From Candidatus Woesebacteria bacterium GW2011_GWF1_31_35 (GTDB lineage: Bacteria; Patescibacteriota; Microgenomatia; UBA8517), in NCBI GenBank assembly GCA_001029755.1, contig CP011214.1:200595-264594 (forward strand): a stretch of 64,000 nt of DNA, written 5' to 3'. A program made the position numbers and the translations under genes. Every line of letters begins with the position of its first letter. Positions within the stretch are counted from its first letter, which is position 1. Below the pieces are notes generated by a model that ran no database searches, was not told the DNA's origin, and saw only the letters and a list, made by a program, of their open reading frames with translations. Shown here one piece after another: positions 7,396-17,729 of the stretch.

Positions 7396-9821
7396 CGCCA
7401 ACTTGGAAACCAATAATAACTTCTATCTAACCATTCAGGAATTTTAAGTCCTATCCAATGTGGATAGAAATAAATAAAAAGAAGTAGTGTAATTGTAAAA
7501 ATAGGAATAATTGTTTTTGGAAAACGGCGCAAGATAAATCCTGTTGCTATTGTCAAAAATGGAATAGATGGTAGGTAATGATATAGAAACATAATTCTAG
7601 GAGATGCAATCCAGGGAACAAAAAAAATAAGGTAAGAAAATATAATAAATCCCAATTTCTTGTTTCTTTCTTTTGCTGAAATGAAAAATGAAAGTATTAT
7701 AGAAAATAATCCAAACCAAAAAACTGCAGGGTTTCCAAAAGCATAAATTCTTGAAACAAATTCCTTAGTTTCAGGGCCATTATAAAGATAAATAGGACGA
7801 ACAAGCATTGGCCAAGTATAAGCAGGCGAAGTATAAGGATGTTCTGCTCTTAAATTAGTGTGATACCACCACATTTGTTTTTGCACTTCAATGAAGTTTT
7901 CCCAACTATGACCCGTTTTAAACATTATTCCATAACTTGCAATATAAATTGCAATTGGAATAATAAGAAAAGATAGATAAGATATTTTTAATTTCTTTTT
8001 AAAAACAAAATGAGAAACAAAAAATATTGGTAATGTATAAATTGCAGACCACTTGGATGCAATTGCTAGACCAAACACAACTGACGAAAGAAAGTTTTTA
8101 TCTTTTAAGAAAAGGAGAATTGAAAGAAGTGAAAAAAACAAAAGGTATGAGTCATTCATTCCTATCCTACTCATTACTAAAACCAAACCATCAAGTGAAA
8201 AAATTGCTGAAGATAAAATTCCTACAAGCCTGTCCTTAAAAACTAAACTTGCAATCAAATAGACTAAAAGTACCGATCCAACACCCAAAATTGCTTGAAC
8301 AATTCTCCACCCAAATGCATTTTCTCCAAAGATAATCATTCCAAGGGTCATTCCTAGTTTTGCAACAGGTGGGTGAGTCCATTCATATGCAAATCCTTCA
8401 GGATGTGGATTCCACCACTCCCAAGCCTTAGGATCACCATGAAGCACTAACCCAGCAGTAAAAGCATGGTAGACTTCGTCAAAGTATTTTTCTTTTGGAA
8501 GATTTAAAGAATAAATTCTTGTAATAATTGAAAAAAATAAAATACCTAAAAGTAAAATCCTAGCTTTTTTACCTGAAATATCTTTTCCAAAATAATTAAT
8601 TTGTGATTTAACTTTATTTAATTTTAGCCTGAATAAGTCTTCGTATTTAAACGAAAATTTAATTTTTTTAAATTGAGAGATGATAAAAAATAATAACAAT
8701 GAGAGATTTGTAATGATAAAAAATTTGATAATTACTGGATTAAAAATTTCTTTAAAATTATCAGTTATCCAATAGTAAGAATAAGATAAATTAGCAAGAT
8801 AAGTAAAGGAAAATCCTGCATATACAACTAATACAACAGGGTTAGCTAATGAGGCTAAAAGAAGTGGTGCCAAGATTGGCAACAAATGTCTTTCATGCAT
8901 CCTAGTTAAAAACAGAAAAGAAACAAGAAGAGAAATTGCTGAAATTGTATACTCTAATCCCCCTTTCTTTCTTAATAAAAAAAGAACAATGACAATTAAT
9001 AAACAACTGATTCCTGCCCCAATCCAAAAAGATATATTATCAGGTTTCCAAAAATCAAAAAGTCCCCAAAAAGAAAATGCATTTACTGACCCATATGGAT
9101 ATTGGCTAGCTGAAACAGAAAGTCTTTTTAGAATAAACTCAAAAATGTTAGAAGTATTATTAAAAGGAATAAATCCAAATATAAAAACTACTAAACCAGA
9201 AATTATAAAGAATATAATTTCTTTTCCTTTCCATTTATTTTTTATAATTAAATATAAAATTCCAGGTAAGATAAATGCCGCCTGTGGTTTAATTAATGTT
9301 CCAATTGCAAGAATAATTGCAGAGAAAACCTTTTTATTTTTAGATGCCAGATAAACTGCCAAAAGTGAGAAAAATGCAGTTAATGAATCAACTTGTCCCC
9401 AAAGAGAAGAATTAGCAAAAACTGCAGGGTTAAAAAGATAAATTAAAGATAGAATTATTCCCCATTTTTTTACACTTAAATTATTGGCAATTTTATAAAT
9501 TAAATAACCAGTTCCCATATCAGCTAAGATTGCAGGTAATTTAAATAAAATAACCTGAAAAGCTGGAATTAGATTTAATTTTCCTAAAAGCCAAAGTATA
9601 TAAAGATACCCTGGTAGATAATCAGACCAACCAGAATAAAAATTATTAAGACCATTTTGTACTAATGAATTACTCCAAGCAACGAATGTTCCATGATCTA
9701 ATTGTAGTGTCCCAAAATTAGCTAAAAATAATCTTAACGCAAAGGCAGAAAAAATTATTAAGATAATGTTAAAATCAATGTAATGAAAATTAATAACAAA
9801 TTTTTTAAAAATATTTTTCAT
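7392..9821 (-). CDS. Tandem-fused GT-C glycosyltransferase (PMT/GT39-like, two modules)
   Basis: 809-aa polytopic protein. The C-terminal module carries the PMT-type motif KYFDEVYHAFTAG and loop NPHPEGFAYEWTHPP. The N-terminal half is a second polytopic GT-C-like module. Confidence 0.6.
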   Translation of the reverse strand: MKNIFKKFVINFHYIDFNIILIIFSAFALRLFLANFGTLQLDHGTFVAWSNSLVQNGLNNFYSGWSDYLPGYLYILWLLGKLNLIPAFQVILFKLPAILADMGTGYLIYKIANNLSVKKWGIILSLIYLFNPAVFANSSLWGQVDSLTAFFSLLAVYLASKNKKVFSAIILAIGTLIKPQAAFILPGILYLIIKNKWKGKEIIFFIISGLVVFIFGFIPFNNTSNIFEFILKRLSVSASQYPYGSVNAFSFWGLFDFWKPDNISFWIGAGISCLLIVIVLFLLRKKGGLEYTISAISLLVSFLFLTRMHERHLLPILAPLLLASLANPVVLVVYAGFSFTYLANLSYSYYWITDNFKEIFNPVIIKFFIITNLSLLLFFIISQFKKIKFSFKYEDLFRLKLNKVKSQINYFGKDISGKKARILLLGILFFSIITRIYSLNLPKEKYFDEVYHAFTAGLVLHGDPKAWEWWNPHPEGFAYEWTHPPVAKLGMTLGMIIFGENAFGWRIVQAILGVGSVLLVYLIASLVFKDRLVGILSSAIFSLDGLVLVMSRIGMNDSYLLFFSLLSILLFLKDKNFLSSVVFGLAIASKWSAIYTLPIFFVSHFVFKKKLKISYLSFLIIPIAIYIASYGIMFKTGHSWENFIEVQKQMWWYHTNLRAEHPYTSPAYTWPMLVRPIYLYNGPETKEFVSRIYAFGNPAVFWFGLFSIILSFFISAKERNKKLGFIIFSYLIFFVPWIASPRIMFLYHYLPSIPFLTIATGFILRRFPKTIIPIFTITLLLFIYFYPHWIGLKIPEWLDRSYYWFPSWR

Positions 9822-11003
9822 AGTTTCTTTTCAAAAAACAATTTTATATTAATTCCATTATTAATATTTTTTGGAATTTTATTAATATACAAAAATATAT
9901 ATCCTAATCCAAGAAATTGGTATGATCATTATTTATATCTATCAAAATCTCTAATACATGGCTGTGTCGATATACCAGATCTACCTGTATTTTATCACGA
10001 TAAATTAGAATTTAATGGTAAAACTTATATCCCTTTTCCACCAGGAGCATCTTTGGTTTTAATCCCGTTTATTTTACTTAAAGAGAGTATCACGCAACAA
10101 CAAGTATCAATATTGATAGGAAGCTTAGACATCTTATTAATATACTTATTACTTTTAAATTTTACCAATAAAAAGAATGCAATTATTCTCTCTATTTTTT
10201 TAGGATTGGGGACCTCATTTTTTTGGTCAGCTGTAGTTGGAACTACATGGTTTTTTGCCCACGTTGTCTCAATATTCTTTATAACAATTTCATTGATTTT
10301 ACATTTCAATAAAAAACATTTTCTCTCAGGAATTTTCTTTGCTCTCGCTGCACTAACCCGTATTCCAATGGTTCTGGCTGGTATATTTTACTTGTTACAA
10401 TTACTTAAACGAAAGAAAGATTTCATTTACTTCTTAATAGGGGCTTTTATTTTTATTCCAATTTTATTTTTCTATAACTGGGCAAGATTTGGTAATTTTT
10501 TAAAAACAGGATATAACGAGGTTTATCTGCAATATGCAAATTCTAATTACCCTTATACAATAAGGCAAATAATAAACCCCAAATCAACTCTTTATGGATA
10601 CTTTGATATCAAAAATATTCCTATGCATCTATACACATTTTTTATTATGCCACCCGATATCAATATATCTGGGAGAATTGTTAAAGAAATAAAACCTTCA
10701 CCTTTTGGAATGGGAATTTTATTTACTTCTCCACTTCTATTTATTGCATTAAAACCAAAATTTAAAAAAGGTTTGGAACTAAATTCAATAATAACAGCCC
10801 TAATTGTGGCTGTCCCAAGTTTTTTACATATTATGCAAGGCTGGGTTCAATTTGGATACAGATTTGTTTTGGATTTTATAGTTTTTTTGATGATTATATT
10901 GGCACTTCGTTTTAAACCAACAAAATTAAATCTACTATTAATATTAATCTCAATTATAGTAAACTTTTGGGGAGTTATATGGGCAATAAATTTAGGTTGG
11001 TAA
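9783..11003 (+). CDS. GT-C family membrane glycosyltransferase (ArnT/PMT_2-like)
   Basis: 406-aa polytopic protein. Shares a C-terminal motif (QFGYRF..DF..FLM...N.WGV) with the next gene. Confidence 0.45.
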   Translation: MKINNKFFKNIFHSFFSKNNFILIPLLIFFGILLIYKNIYPNPRNWYDHYLYLSKSLIHGCVDIPDLPVFYHDKLEFNGKTYIPFPPGASLVLIPFILLKESITQQQVSILIGSLDILLIYLLLLNFTNKKNAIILSIFLGLGTSFFWSAVVGTTWFFAHVVSIFFITISLILHFNKKHFLSGIFFALAALTRIPMVLAGIFYLLQLLKRKKDFIYFLIGAFIFIPILFFYNWARFGNFLKTGYNEVYLQYANSNYPYTIRQIINPKSTLYGYFDIKNIPMHLYTFFIMPPDINISGRIVKEIKPSPFGMGILFTSPLLFIALKPKFKKGLELNSIITALIVAVPSFLHIMQGWVQFGYRFVLDFIVFLMIILALRFKPTKLNLLLILISIIVNFWGVIWAINLGW

Positions 11004-12139
11004 CAATTTTCATTCCACTTATTATTTTAATAATATATTTTCTTTCTTCTGCTGGAAAAACACCATTTAATCACTTTACATTGCTTGCAGATTCTTTCTT
11101 AAAAGGACATTTATATATCGAAGGGGATTATCCTTGGCTCGAAAAAATTCCCATTGGTGACAATAAATTTTATGTAGCTAATCCTCCAATGCCAGCTATT
11201 CTCGCTATACCTTTTGTTTTTTTCTCAAATAAAAATTTCCCTCAACAGTATATTTCTCACATATTAGGTATGGGAATAATCGGATTAACAATGATTATGG
11301 CATATAGAATTAAAAAGAAATTAAGTTTAATGATTTGGTCAGGATTATTAATTGGACTAGGTTCCATAGTATGGTTTTTATCTTCAGTCGGTTCAGTTTG
11401 GTATCTTGGTCAAATTACCTCAGCATTCTTTTTAACTTGGGCATTAGTCGAAATATTAGGTAAATCAAGGCCAATATTACTAGGAATATTATTGGGCGCT
11501 ACCTTTCTTTCAAGAAGTCATGTTGCCTTAACTTTTCCGTTTATTGTCTTTATGAATTGGGAAAAGTTTAAAAATTTAAAACATTTAAACATATTAATTT
11601 TAGTTTTTTCAATCTTTGCCAGTTTTGGATTTTGGTATAACTTTGTAAGACTTGGAAATCCTTTTGACAATGGTTACAATCTGATTCCTGATGTCAGTAT
11701 ATCATCTTGGTTTGCTCAGGGTCTTTGGAACCCAATATATATACCCAAAAACTTTGATATATTATTTCTAAAAATGCCAGTAATTACAAATACTTTTCCT
11801 TATATTGTCCCATCTCTTGCTGGGATGTCTATAATTCTTACTACTCCTGCTTTTATTCACTCTTTCTTTGCTTCAATAAAAGATATCATCACAAAATTAT
11901 CGTGGATTTCCATTTTAATAATATTATTTATAGTATCCTCGCATGGTGGAACAGGATTCACACAATTCGGATATCGCTTTGCGGTTGACTTTTACCCCTT
12001 TTTAATGTTGCTTACAATTAAGGGTGTGGCCGAACACAACGGACCAAAATGGCACCACTGGTTGTTACTTATTATTTGTATAATTGTAAACACTTGGGGA
12101 GTATTATTTATTAATAAATTTGGCTGGGTAGGTTGGTAG
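10967..12139 (+). CDS. GT-C family membrane glycosyltransferase, tandem paralogue
   Basis: 390-aa polytopic protein with TQFGYRFAVDFYPFLM...NTWGVLFINKFGW, paralogous to the preceding ORF. The two overlap by 37 nt in different frames. Confidence 0.45.
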   Translation: MGSYMGNKFRLVTIFIPLIILIIYFLSSAGKTPFNHFTLLADSFLKGHLYIEGDYPWLEKIPIGDNKFYVANPPMPAILAIPFVFFSNKNFPQQYISHILGMGIIGLTMIMAYRIKKKLSLMIWSGLLIGLGSIVWFLSSVGSVWYLGQITSAFFLTWALVEILGKSRPILLGILLGATFLSRSHVALTFPFIVFMNWEKFKNLKHLNILILVFSIFASFGFWYNFVRLGNPFDNGYNLIPDVSISSWFAQGLWNPIYIPKNFDILFLKMPVITNTFPYIVPSLAGMSIILTTPAFIHSFFASIKDIITKLSWISILIILFIVSSHGGTGFTQFGYRFAVDFYPFLMLLTIKGVAEHNGPKWHHWLLLIICIIVNTWGVLFINKFGWVGW

Positions 12140-14003
12140 CGGTTTTTAAAATTAAAATTCCATTCTTATCATAAACAACCGGATAATCAAATCTTAATTT
12201 TTCTTCATTTATTAGATATTCTCTTCTTTCCCATCCACTTATATAAATGTAATTTATCCCAAATTTCTTTATCAGCTCTTTGTATCCATCTCTTGCATCG
12301 AAAATTGCCAAGATCGCCATTTCTTTATCAGTCGTATCAGTAATCCCGTGTGTCCACAAATAACCACCAAATCCTAGAAATATTTTACGACCAGATAAAG
12401 CAGTTATTATATTATTTGAGTTTCTTGCCGTTAGAAAAATCTCATTGGGACGACTGATCTCTCTAATTTCTTCGGCAATTATTAAATCATTTCTTTTAAA
12501 TATTCCACCGAGCATCCTTGGATCATTAATTGAAATTAGAATACCGGTAACGACTGATAAAAATAAAAAGCAGTAACCTAAAATTTTAACTACAATTATT
12601 TTACTTTCAATCAATTTAATTATTAAATATGAAGCTAAAATTGAAATCATTATATAAGGGTACAAAACAAATCTACTGTTGTCCCAAACATATGGCTGAA
12701 AGATAATTATATTAGCTAGAAATATAATAAATACGTTTACTAAAATAATGTTTCTATTTTTAAATATCTTTTTAAAAAACAACATTACTGATATTATTGA
12801 CCCAAACAAAAAAGGAATACCAAAATTAGTCAAATAGAAAAACAATTTATTATAAGTTCCATCAACAGGCGGCCATTCTGAAAAAGAAAATCTAATAAAG
12901 CTTTTAGATCCTAATGAAGTGAATATTACAGGTAAGATAAAGGCTCCGGAAACAATAAATATTAATAAGCCATATTTAATCCAAAAAAATAATTCTGATA
13001 TTTTTTTAGCTTTTATAGTTTCCGATACAACAACAAACAGAAGCGCTAAAGCAAAAACCAAAAAGGCATAAATATTTGCATATGGTAATAAACCTGCTAT
13101 AAATGCGCTTATAGCAAAGATTCTTAAATTTGTCTTATTGTTTATTAAAAGTATTAATAAATATGTAGCAAAAATCCAAAGTGGTACCCCCACAAGCAAA
13201 GTTCTTTGGGCCATAAGCATTTCGGCAAATATACCAGCATACCCAACGCCTAACTGAGGAAGGTAGGAGAAACGGGTCGTGGCATTGATATAAGTAGACA
13301 AAGGTAATTCATCTAATATAGGTTTTGTAAAACCTAATCCGCCATTAAAAAGAAACAAGAATACTGAAAGATAAGATGCCCTATTATTATTTAATATTTT
13401 AAAAGCCAATAAATAGAGGGAATTAACTAAGAGTAAACCAAAAATGGTAGAGGGAATAATTAGTGAATATCGTAATCCAGAACCTAAGACTAATAATTGA
13501 GCTGAAACAAAGTCAGCAACAAAATGATAATTAATGGTTTTAAAAGAAGCAATTGGGTTGATCGGAGGAAAATTATCTCCATAGGCGAAATTACTAATTA
13601 ACCCTAAATGAAAGGGTAAATCACCACTCGTCGAGGGACTACCGCTTAAATAAGATTCACCAGATTTTAAATGAGTTTGACTTATCACCAAACCAAAACA
13701 GATTAGCCAAAAAATATTAAACAATATATATCCTTTATCAAAACTTATTTTTAATTTGTAATTCTTAAACGTAAATAAATAAAGAGATATTCCACTAAGA
13801 AGCGTTATCCAAGTTGACATTTTGATAGAAAAGATATGACTCAAATAAAAAGATAATAATGCGTTTATTAAGATTCCGGTAAGCATAGAAAAAAATAACA
13901 ATTCTTTTGTATTTAAATGCTTTTGTTTAAAAAGTTTAAACAAAACAGTGAAACCTAAACAAAATGAGGATAGAAAATAAATAGATATATATACAAAACT
14001 CAT
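12111..14003 (-). CDS. Large polytopic membrane protein with C-terminal extracytoplasmic domain (putative GT-C glycosyltransferase)
   Basis: 630 aa: about 12 predicted TM helices followed by a roughly 170-aa soluble domain. It sits among the GT-C genes and the LCP gene. Confidence 0.35.
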   Translation of the reverse strand: MSFVYISIYFLSSFCLGFTVLFKLFKQKHLNTKELLFFSMLTGILINALLSFYLSHIFSIKMSTWITLLSGISLYLFTFKNYKLKISFDKGYILFNIFWLICFGLVISQTHLKSGESYLSGSPSTSGDLPFHLGLISNFAYGDNFPPINPIASFKTINYHFVADFVSAQLLVLGSGLRYSLIIPSTIFGLLLVNSLYLLAFKILNNNRASYLSVFLFLFNGGLGFTKPILDELPLSTYINATTRFSYLPQLGVGYAGIFAEMLMAQRTLLVGVPLWIFATYLLILLINNKTNLRIFAISAFIAGLLPYANIYAFLVFALALLFVVVSETIKAKKISELFFWIKYGLLIFIVSGAFILPVIFTSLGSKSFIRFSFSEWPPVDGTYNKLFFYLTNFGIPFLFGSIISVMLFFKKIFKNRNIILVNVFIIFLANIIIFQPYVWDNSRFVLYPYIMISILASYLIIKLIESKIIVVKILGYCFLFLSVVTGILISINDPRMLGGIFKRNDLIIAEEIREISRPNEIFLTARNSNNIITALSGRKIFLGFGGYLWTHGITDTTDKEMAILAIFDARDGYKELIKKFGINYIYISGWERREYLINEEKLRFDYPVVYDKNGILILKTATNLPSQIY

Positions 14004-15052
14004 AAAATATGATTATTTAACCACTCTTGAAAATCTTTCCAACTACCAGACTTTGGAATAAATACATATTGGTAATCATACTTTTTTAAATTTTGAGAGA
14101 TTTCTAAAAACTTTTCTGGGATTGAAAAGAAATTTATTTTGTTTCTAGATTCAAAGACCAATCTTCCCAATATTAGTAAAGACTTATTATCTAAATTAGT
14201 TTCTACATGAGAAAAGGTAATATCATAAATTTCTTTTAATTTTAAGGGGTTTAATATTATTTCTTTTGATAAAACTTTTTCCTTTATAGCACTAATAACT
14301 TTTTGTTGACGAATTTCTCTTGCCAAATCTGTTCCTTCCAGACCTTCTGAATTTCTACTTCTCACAAATTTTAATGCAGTTTCTCCATCCATTTTAGTAA
14401 CACCTTTTTCAAAAGAAACAGTTTCATATCTACAAGCATATGTTTTGGTTAAAGATAAATTTTGCTTATCATCTTCACATAGATCATTCTCTTTACCCGC
14501 AATTGGATACTTTGAATCTGTAAAGGAATTTTCAACCATCACATTTATTCCACCCAATGTATTTATCAAGTCTTTAAACAAAGAAAAATCTACAACTACT
14601 GTGTATGAAATTGGTATACTTGTTATTTCCTCTATACTTGTATTAACAAGTTCGAAATTATTATTAGATTTTTGTTTTCCCCAATAGTAAGCACTATTTA
14701 ATTTAGCGCGAATTGCAGGTACCCAAACATCTCTAGGAAGAGATAGTATATTTACTTTTTTTGAATTTTGGGAAAGAAATGCAATCATCATTGTATCTGT
14801 TAAATCAGGAGCCGTGTGGCCTTCTCCACCTTTACCTAAAATTAAAATTGATGTGATTCCATTTGAAGATTTAATATTTCCATAATCAAATTTAGAAAAA
14901 AAGATTGATCTTAAAACTAAGAAAAAGATAATTGGCAAAACTACCAAAATGACTAAAAATACCAGGACAACTTTATACTTACCCATGTTACTATTGTATT
15001 TGTTATGAACAACACAAGCAATATTATCAAAAGAGCCAATCAATTCACTCAC
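14000..15052 (-). CDS. LytR-CpsA-Psr (LCP) family cell-wall glycopolymer ligase
   Basis: N-terminal TM then ILILGKGGEGHTAPDLTDTMMIAFL...NILSLPRDVWV...DFSLFKDLINTLGGINV...DGETALKFVRSR, the LCP catalytic-domain pattern. The real start is probably the internal MGKYKVV. Confidence 0.8.
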   Translation of the reverse strand: MSELIGSFDNIACVVHNKYNSNMGKYKVVLVFLVILVVLPIIFFLVLRSIFFSKFDYGNIKSSNGITSILILGKGGEGHTAPDLTDTMMIAFLSQNSKKVNILSLPRDVWVPAIRAKLNSAYYWGKQKSNNNFELVNTSIEEITSIPISYTVVVDFSLFKDLINTLGGINVMVENSFTDSKYPIAGKENDLCEDDKQNLSLTKTYACRYETVSFEKGVTKMDGETALKFVRSRNSEGLEGTDLAREIRQQKVISAIKEKVLSKEIILNPLKLKEIYDITFSHVETNLDNKSLLILGRLVFESRNKINFFSIPEKFLEISQNLKKYDYQYVFIPKSGSWKDFQEWLNNHIL

Positions 15053-15100
15053 CTGTGGACCAAAAATGAAATTGAGTTTGTTACAAACAATATAAAGAAA

Positions 15101-15856
15101 ATGAGTTACAAAGAAATGGGTGCATTTATATCAAGAACTTCTCCATCAATTCAATCAAAGGTTCGATTTCTACCAATCCAACAAAAGGTTAATAAATATA
15201 AAATAAATCAAAAATTTTTTACCAAATGGTCTGAACCAATGGCTTATATATTAGGATTCATAACAGCAGATGGAAATATATGCAGGACAGGAAATTCACA
15301 CATGATCCAAATTGCCTGTGATGACAAAGATATAATAGAAAAAATCAAAATTGAATTATCTTGTGATACACCAATACAGATACGATCAAGACTAAATGGA
15401 AAATCATCCTATCAACTTAGATTTTCAGATAAACATATTTATCAAAATTTAATTAAACTTGGAATAACACCGAGAAAAAGTTTAACTATTAAACCACCTA
15501 TTAAAATACCTCATGTGTTTATTAATGATTATATTAGAGGTTTTTTTGATGGGGATGGTAGTGTTTGGATATCGAAGAGAACCAGACAAGAAAGGCTTGT
15601 TAGTGTTTTTTATACTGCAAGCATAAAAATGATTAAATTTATATTTGAAATAATAAAAAATAACTTTCCATTATTTACCGGAAAAATACAAAGAATACTC
15701 ACACCAAAGAAAAATAGATTCTATTATTCTATAACATTGGGACACAGGGATTCATTACTTTTGTATAAGTATATGTATAAAGGATCAAAAATATTTTCAA
15801 ACAGGAAACATAATATTTTCAAAAAAATATATGACAATCAATTTATCAGAGCTTAA
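15101..15856 (+). CDS. Free-standing double-motif LAGLIDADG homing endonuclease
   Basis: Two LAGLIDADG motifs (AYILGFITADGNI and IRGFFDGDGSVWI) in one chain. The ORF is open from 15005, but that start overlaps the convergent LCP gene, so the ATG at 15101 is preferred. The 3' end overlaps the pcrA start by 26 nt in another frame. Confidence 0.7.
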   Translation: MSYKEMGAFISRTSPSIQSKVRFLPIQQKVNKYKINQKFFTKWSEPMAYILGFITADGNICRTGNSHMIQIACDDKDIIEKIKIELSCDTPIQIRSRLNGKSSYQLRFSDKHIYQNLIKLGITPRKSLTIKPPIKIPHVFINDYIRGFFDGDGSVWISKRTRQERLVSVFYTASIKMIKFIFEIIKNNFPLFTGKIQRILTPKKNRFYYSITLGHRDSLLLYKYMYKGSKIFSNRKHNIFKKIYDNQFIRA

Positions 15857-17684
15857 TAAAGAACAATTAAGAGCAGTAACTTACACCAGCGGACCCCTAC
15901 TGGTCCTTGCTGGAGCCGGAAGTGGAAAAACAAAATGTCTAACATATCGGGTAGCTTTTTTTATATCTAAGCTAAAAGTACTTCCTGAAAATGTTTTATT
16001 AACCACCTTTACTAACAAAGCAGCCAAAGAAATGAAAGAAAGAATGAATGTTCTTTTAAACGAAGCAGGGCTACCTACTGATTCGGTTCAATCATTACAA
16101 GCTGGTACGTTTCATTCATTTTGCGCAAAAGTTCTAAGAATTGATGGAGAAGAAATAGGAATTTTTCCAAATTTTTTAATATATGATGAATCGGATCAAA
16201 AAGATTTGGTTAAAGAAATTATTAATGAATTAGGATTAAAGGAAAGTACTAAACCTTCTTCAATTTTATATGCTATTTCTGAAGCAAAAAACCAGATGCT
16301 TAACCCAGATGCCTATTTTGAAATAGCAAGGGGAGATATAGCCCAAACAGTTTTTCAAGTTTATAAATTATATGAAAAACGCCTTAAAGAAATAAATGCC
16401 TTGGATTTTGATGATTTACTTTTAAAAACAGTAAAACTTTTTGAAGTTCCCAAAGTTATTAATAAATGGAAAGAGAGAATAACCCAAATTTTTGTTGATG
16501 AATGGCAAGATACTAATAAAATTCAATATAGATTAATTAAATTATTAGATGGAAAAAGAGGTTGTATTACAGCTGTGGGAGATGCATCTCAAAGTATTTA
16601 TTCATGGAGGGGAGCAGATTTTAGAAATATTAATTATTTAATAAAAGATTATCCTACTATAAAGATTATTAATCTTGAACAAAACTATAGATCAACACAA
16701 AATATTTTAGATGCTGCAAATTCAGTTATACTTAAAAATACCTCACATCCAATATTGAGGCTTTGGACAGAAAAAAGCGGTGGAGAAAAAATTGTACTTT
16801 ATCCTGCCAGAAATGGGTTTGACGAAGCAGATTTTGTAGTAAAACAAATAAATAAACTCATTAAAAACGTAAAATATTCTGATATTGCGATTCTTTACAG
16901 AACTAACGCTCAATCCCGTGTTCTAGAAGAAGCCTTTCTTCATGCGGCAATTCCATATACCTTAGTAGGGGGAGTAAGATTTTATGACAGAAAAGAAATT
17001 AAAGACATACTTTGCTACTTAAGACTTTTGTTTAATCCAAAAGATTCAGTTTCAGAGAAAAGAGCCGTGGCACTAGGAAAAAGAAGATATGAAAGTTTTA
17101 AAGAAATTAGAGATATTGATAAAAAAACAACTTTAGAAATATTAGATGAAATTATTCAAAAAACTGAGTATTTAACAAAATTTAAAGAAGATGACCCAGA
17201 GGATTTGCCAAGACTTGAAAACATTAAAGAATTAAGGTCTGTTGCGTTAGAATTTCCTGAACTTTTAGAATTTTTAGAAAATGTATCTTTAGTTGAAGCT
17301 GGTCCAATTAATGAAAATGGTAATGCGGTTACTTTAATGACCCTACATTCTGCTAAGGGGTTAGAATTTCCTGTTGTTTTTATTGTTGGCATGGAAGAAG
17401 GACTTTTCCCTCATTCAAGAGCTCTTTGGGAGAAAGAACAACTTGAAGAGGAAAGACGTTTAGCCTACGTTGGTATAACAAGAGCTAAAGATACACTTTT
17501 TTTAACATATGCCAGTAAACGACTTTACTTTGGAGAAAAAATCAGTAATCCTCCTTCAAGATTTATTTCAGACATCCCAGAACATTTATTAGATGGAAAA
17601 ATAATAAGGTTTGAGGAAGAAAGGGTAGAAATATCAAATGATGACCTTAACTTTGATGATATATTGGATAAATATTTAAAATGA
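15831..17684 (+). CDS. pcrA: UvrD/PcrA-type ATP-dependent DNA helicase (short form)
   Basis: N-terminal LNKEQLRAVTYTSGPLLVLAGAGSGKTKCLTYRVAFF (Walker A), DEWQDTN (motif II) and the later UvrD motifs. At 617 aa it lacks the C-terminal extension. Confidence 0.85.
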   Translation: MTINLSELNKEQLRAVTYTSGPLLVLAGAGSGKTKCLTYRVAFFISKLKVLPENVLLTTFTNKAAKEMKERMNVLLNEAGLPTDSVQSLQAGTFHSFCAKVLRIDGEEIGIFPNFLIYDESDQKDLVKEIINELGLKESTKPSSILYAISEAKNQMLNPDAYFEIARGDIAQTVFQVYKLYEKRLKEINALDFDDLLLKTVKLFEVPKVINKWKERITQIFVDEWQDTNKIQYRLIKLLDGKRGCITAVGDASQSIYSWRGADFRNINYLIKDYPTIKIINLEQNYRSTQNILDAANSVILKNTSHPILRLWTEKSGGEKIVLYPARNGFDEADFVVKQINKLIKNVKYSDIAILYRTNAQSRVLEEAFLHAAIPYTLVGGVRFYDRKEIKDILCYLRLLFNPKDSVSEKRAVALGKRRYESFKEIRDIDKKTTLEILDEIIQKTEYLTKFKEDDPEDLPRLENIKELRSVALEFPELLEFLENVSLVEAGPINENGNAVTLMTLHSAKGLEFPVVFIVGMEEGLFPHSRALWEKEQLEEERRLAYVGITRAKDTLFLTYASKRLYFGEKISNPPSRFISDIPEHLLDGKIIRFEEERVEISNDDLNFDDILDKYLK

Positions 17685-17729
17685 ACCTTTTTTAAAGAAT
17701 TACTCATTAGGTAAATGTATAATTAAGAA

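Noticed and set aside
7133-9354. Nested or antisense ORFs from the track (7133-7372 +, 8027-8239 +, 8053-8262 +, 8989-9354 +), and similar ones elsewhere (2504-2722 -, 5321-5581 -, 10025-10309 -, 14445-14687 +, 17156-17392 -, 17798-18136 -, 21447-21653 +, 43500-43832 -, 45816-46262 -, 55705-56013 -, 56612-57046 -, 59548-59991 +, 62582-63098 +)
   Set aside because: Each lies entirely inside a much longer ORF with a clear family-level identity on the other strand or frame. They have low-complexity, stop-free AT-rich translations and no motifs, and are treated as shadow ORFs.
15005-15100. Upstream extension of the LAGLIDADG ORF to 15005
   Set aside because: That start would overlap 48 nt of the convergent LCP gene. 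The first LAGLIDADG motif is about 80 aa downstream, and the internal ATG at 15101 gives a typical roughly 250-aa enzyme. The longer ORF is kept only as an alternative.
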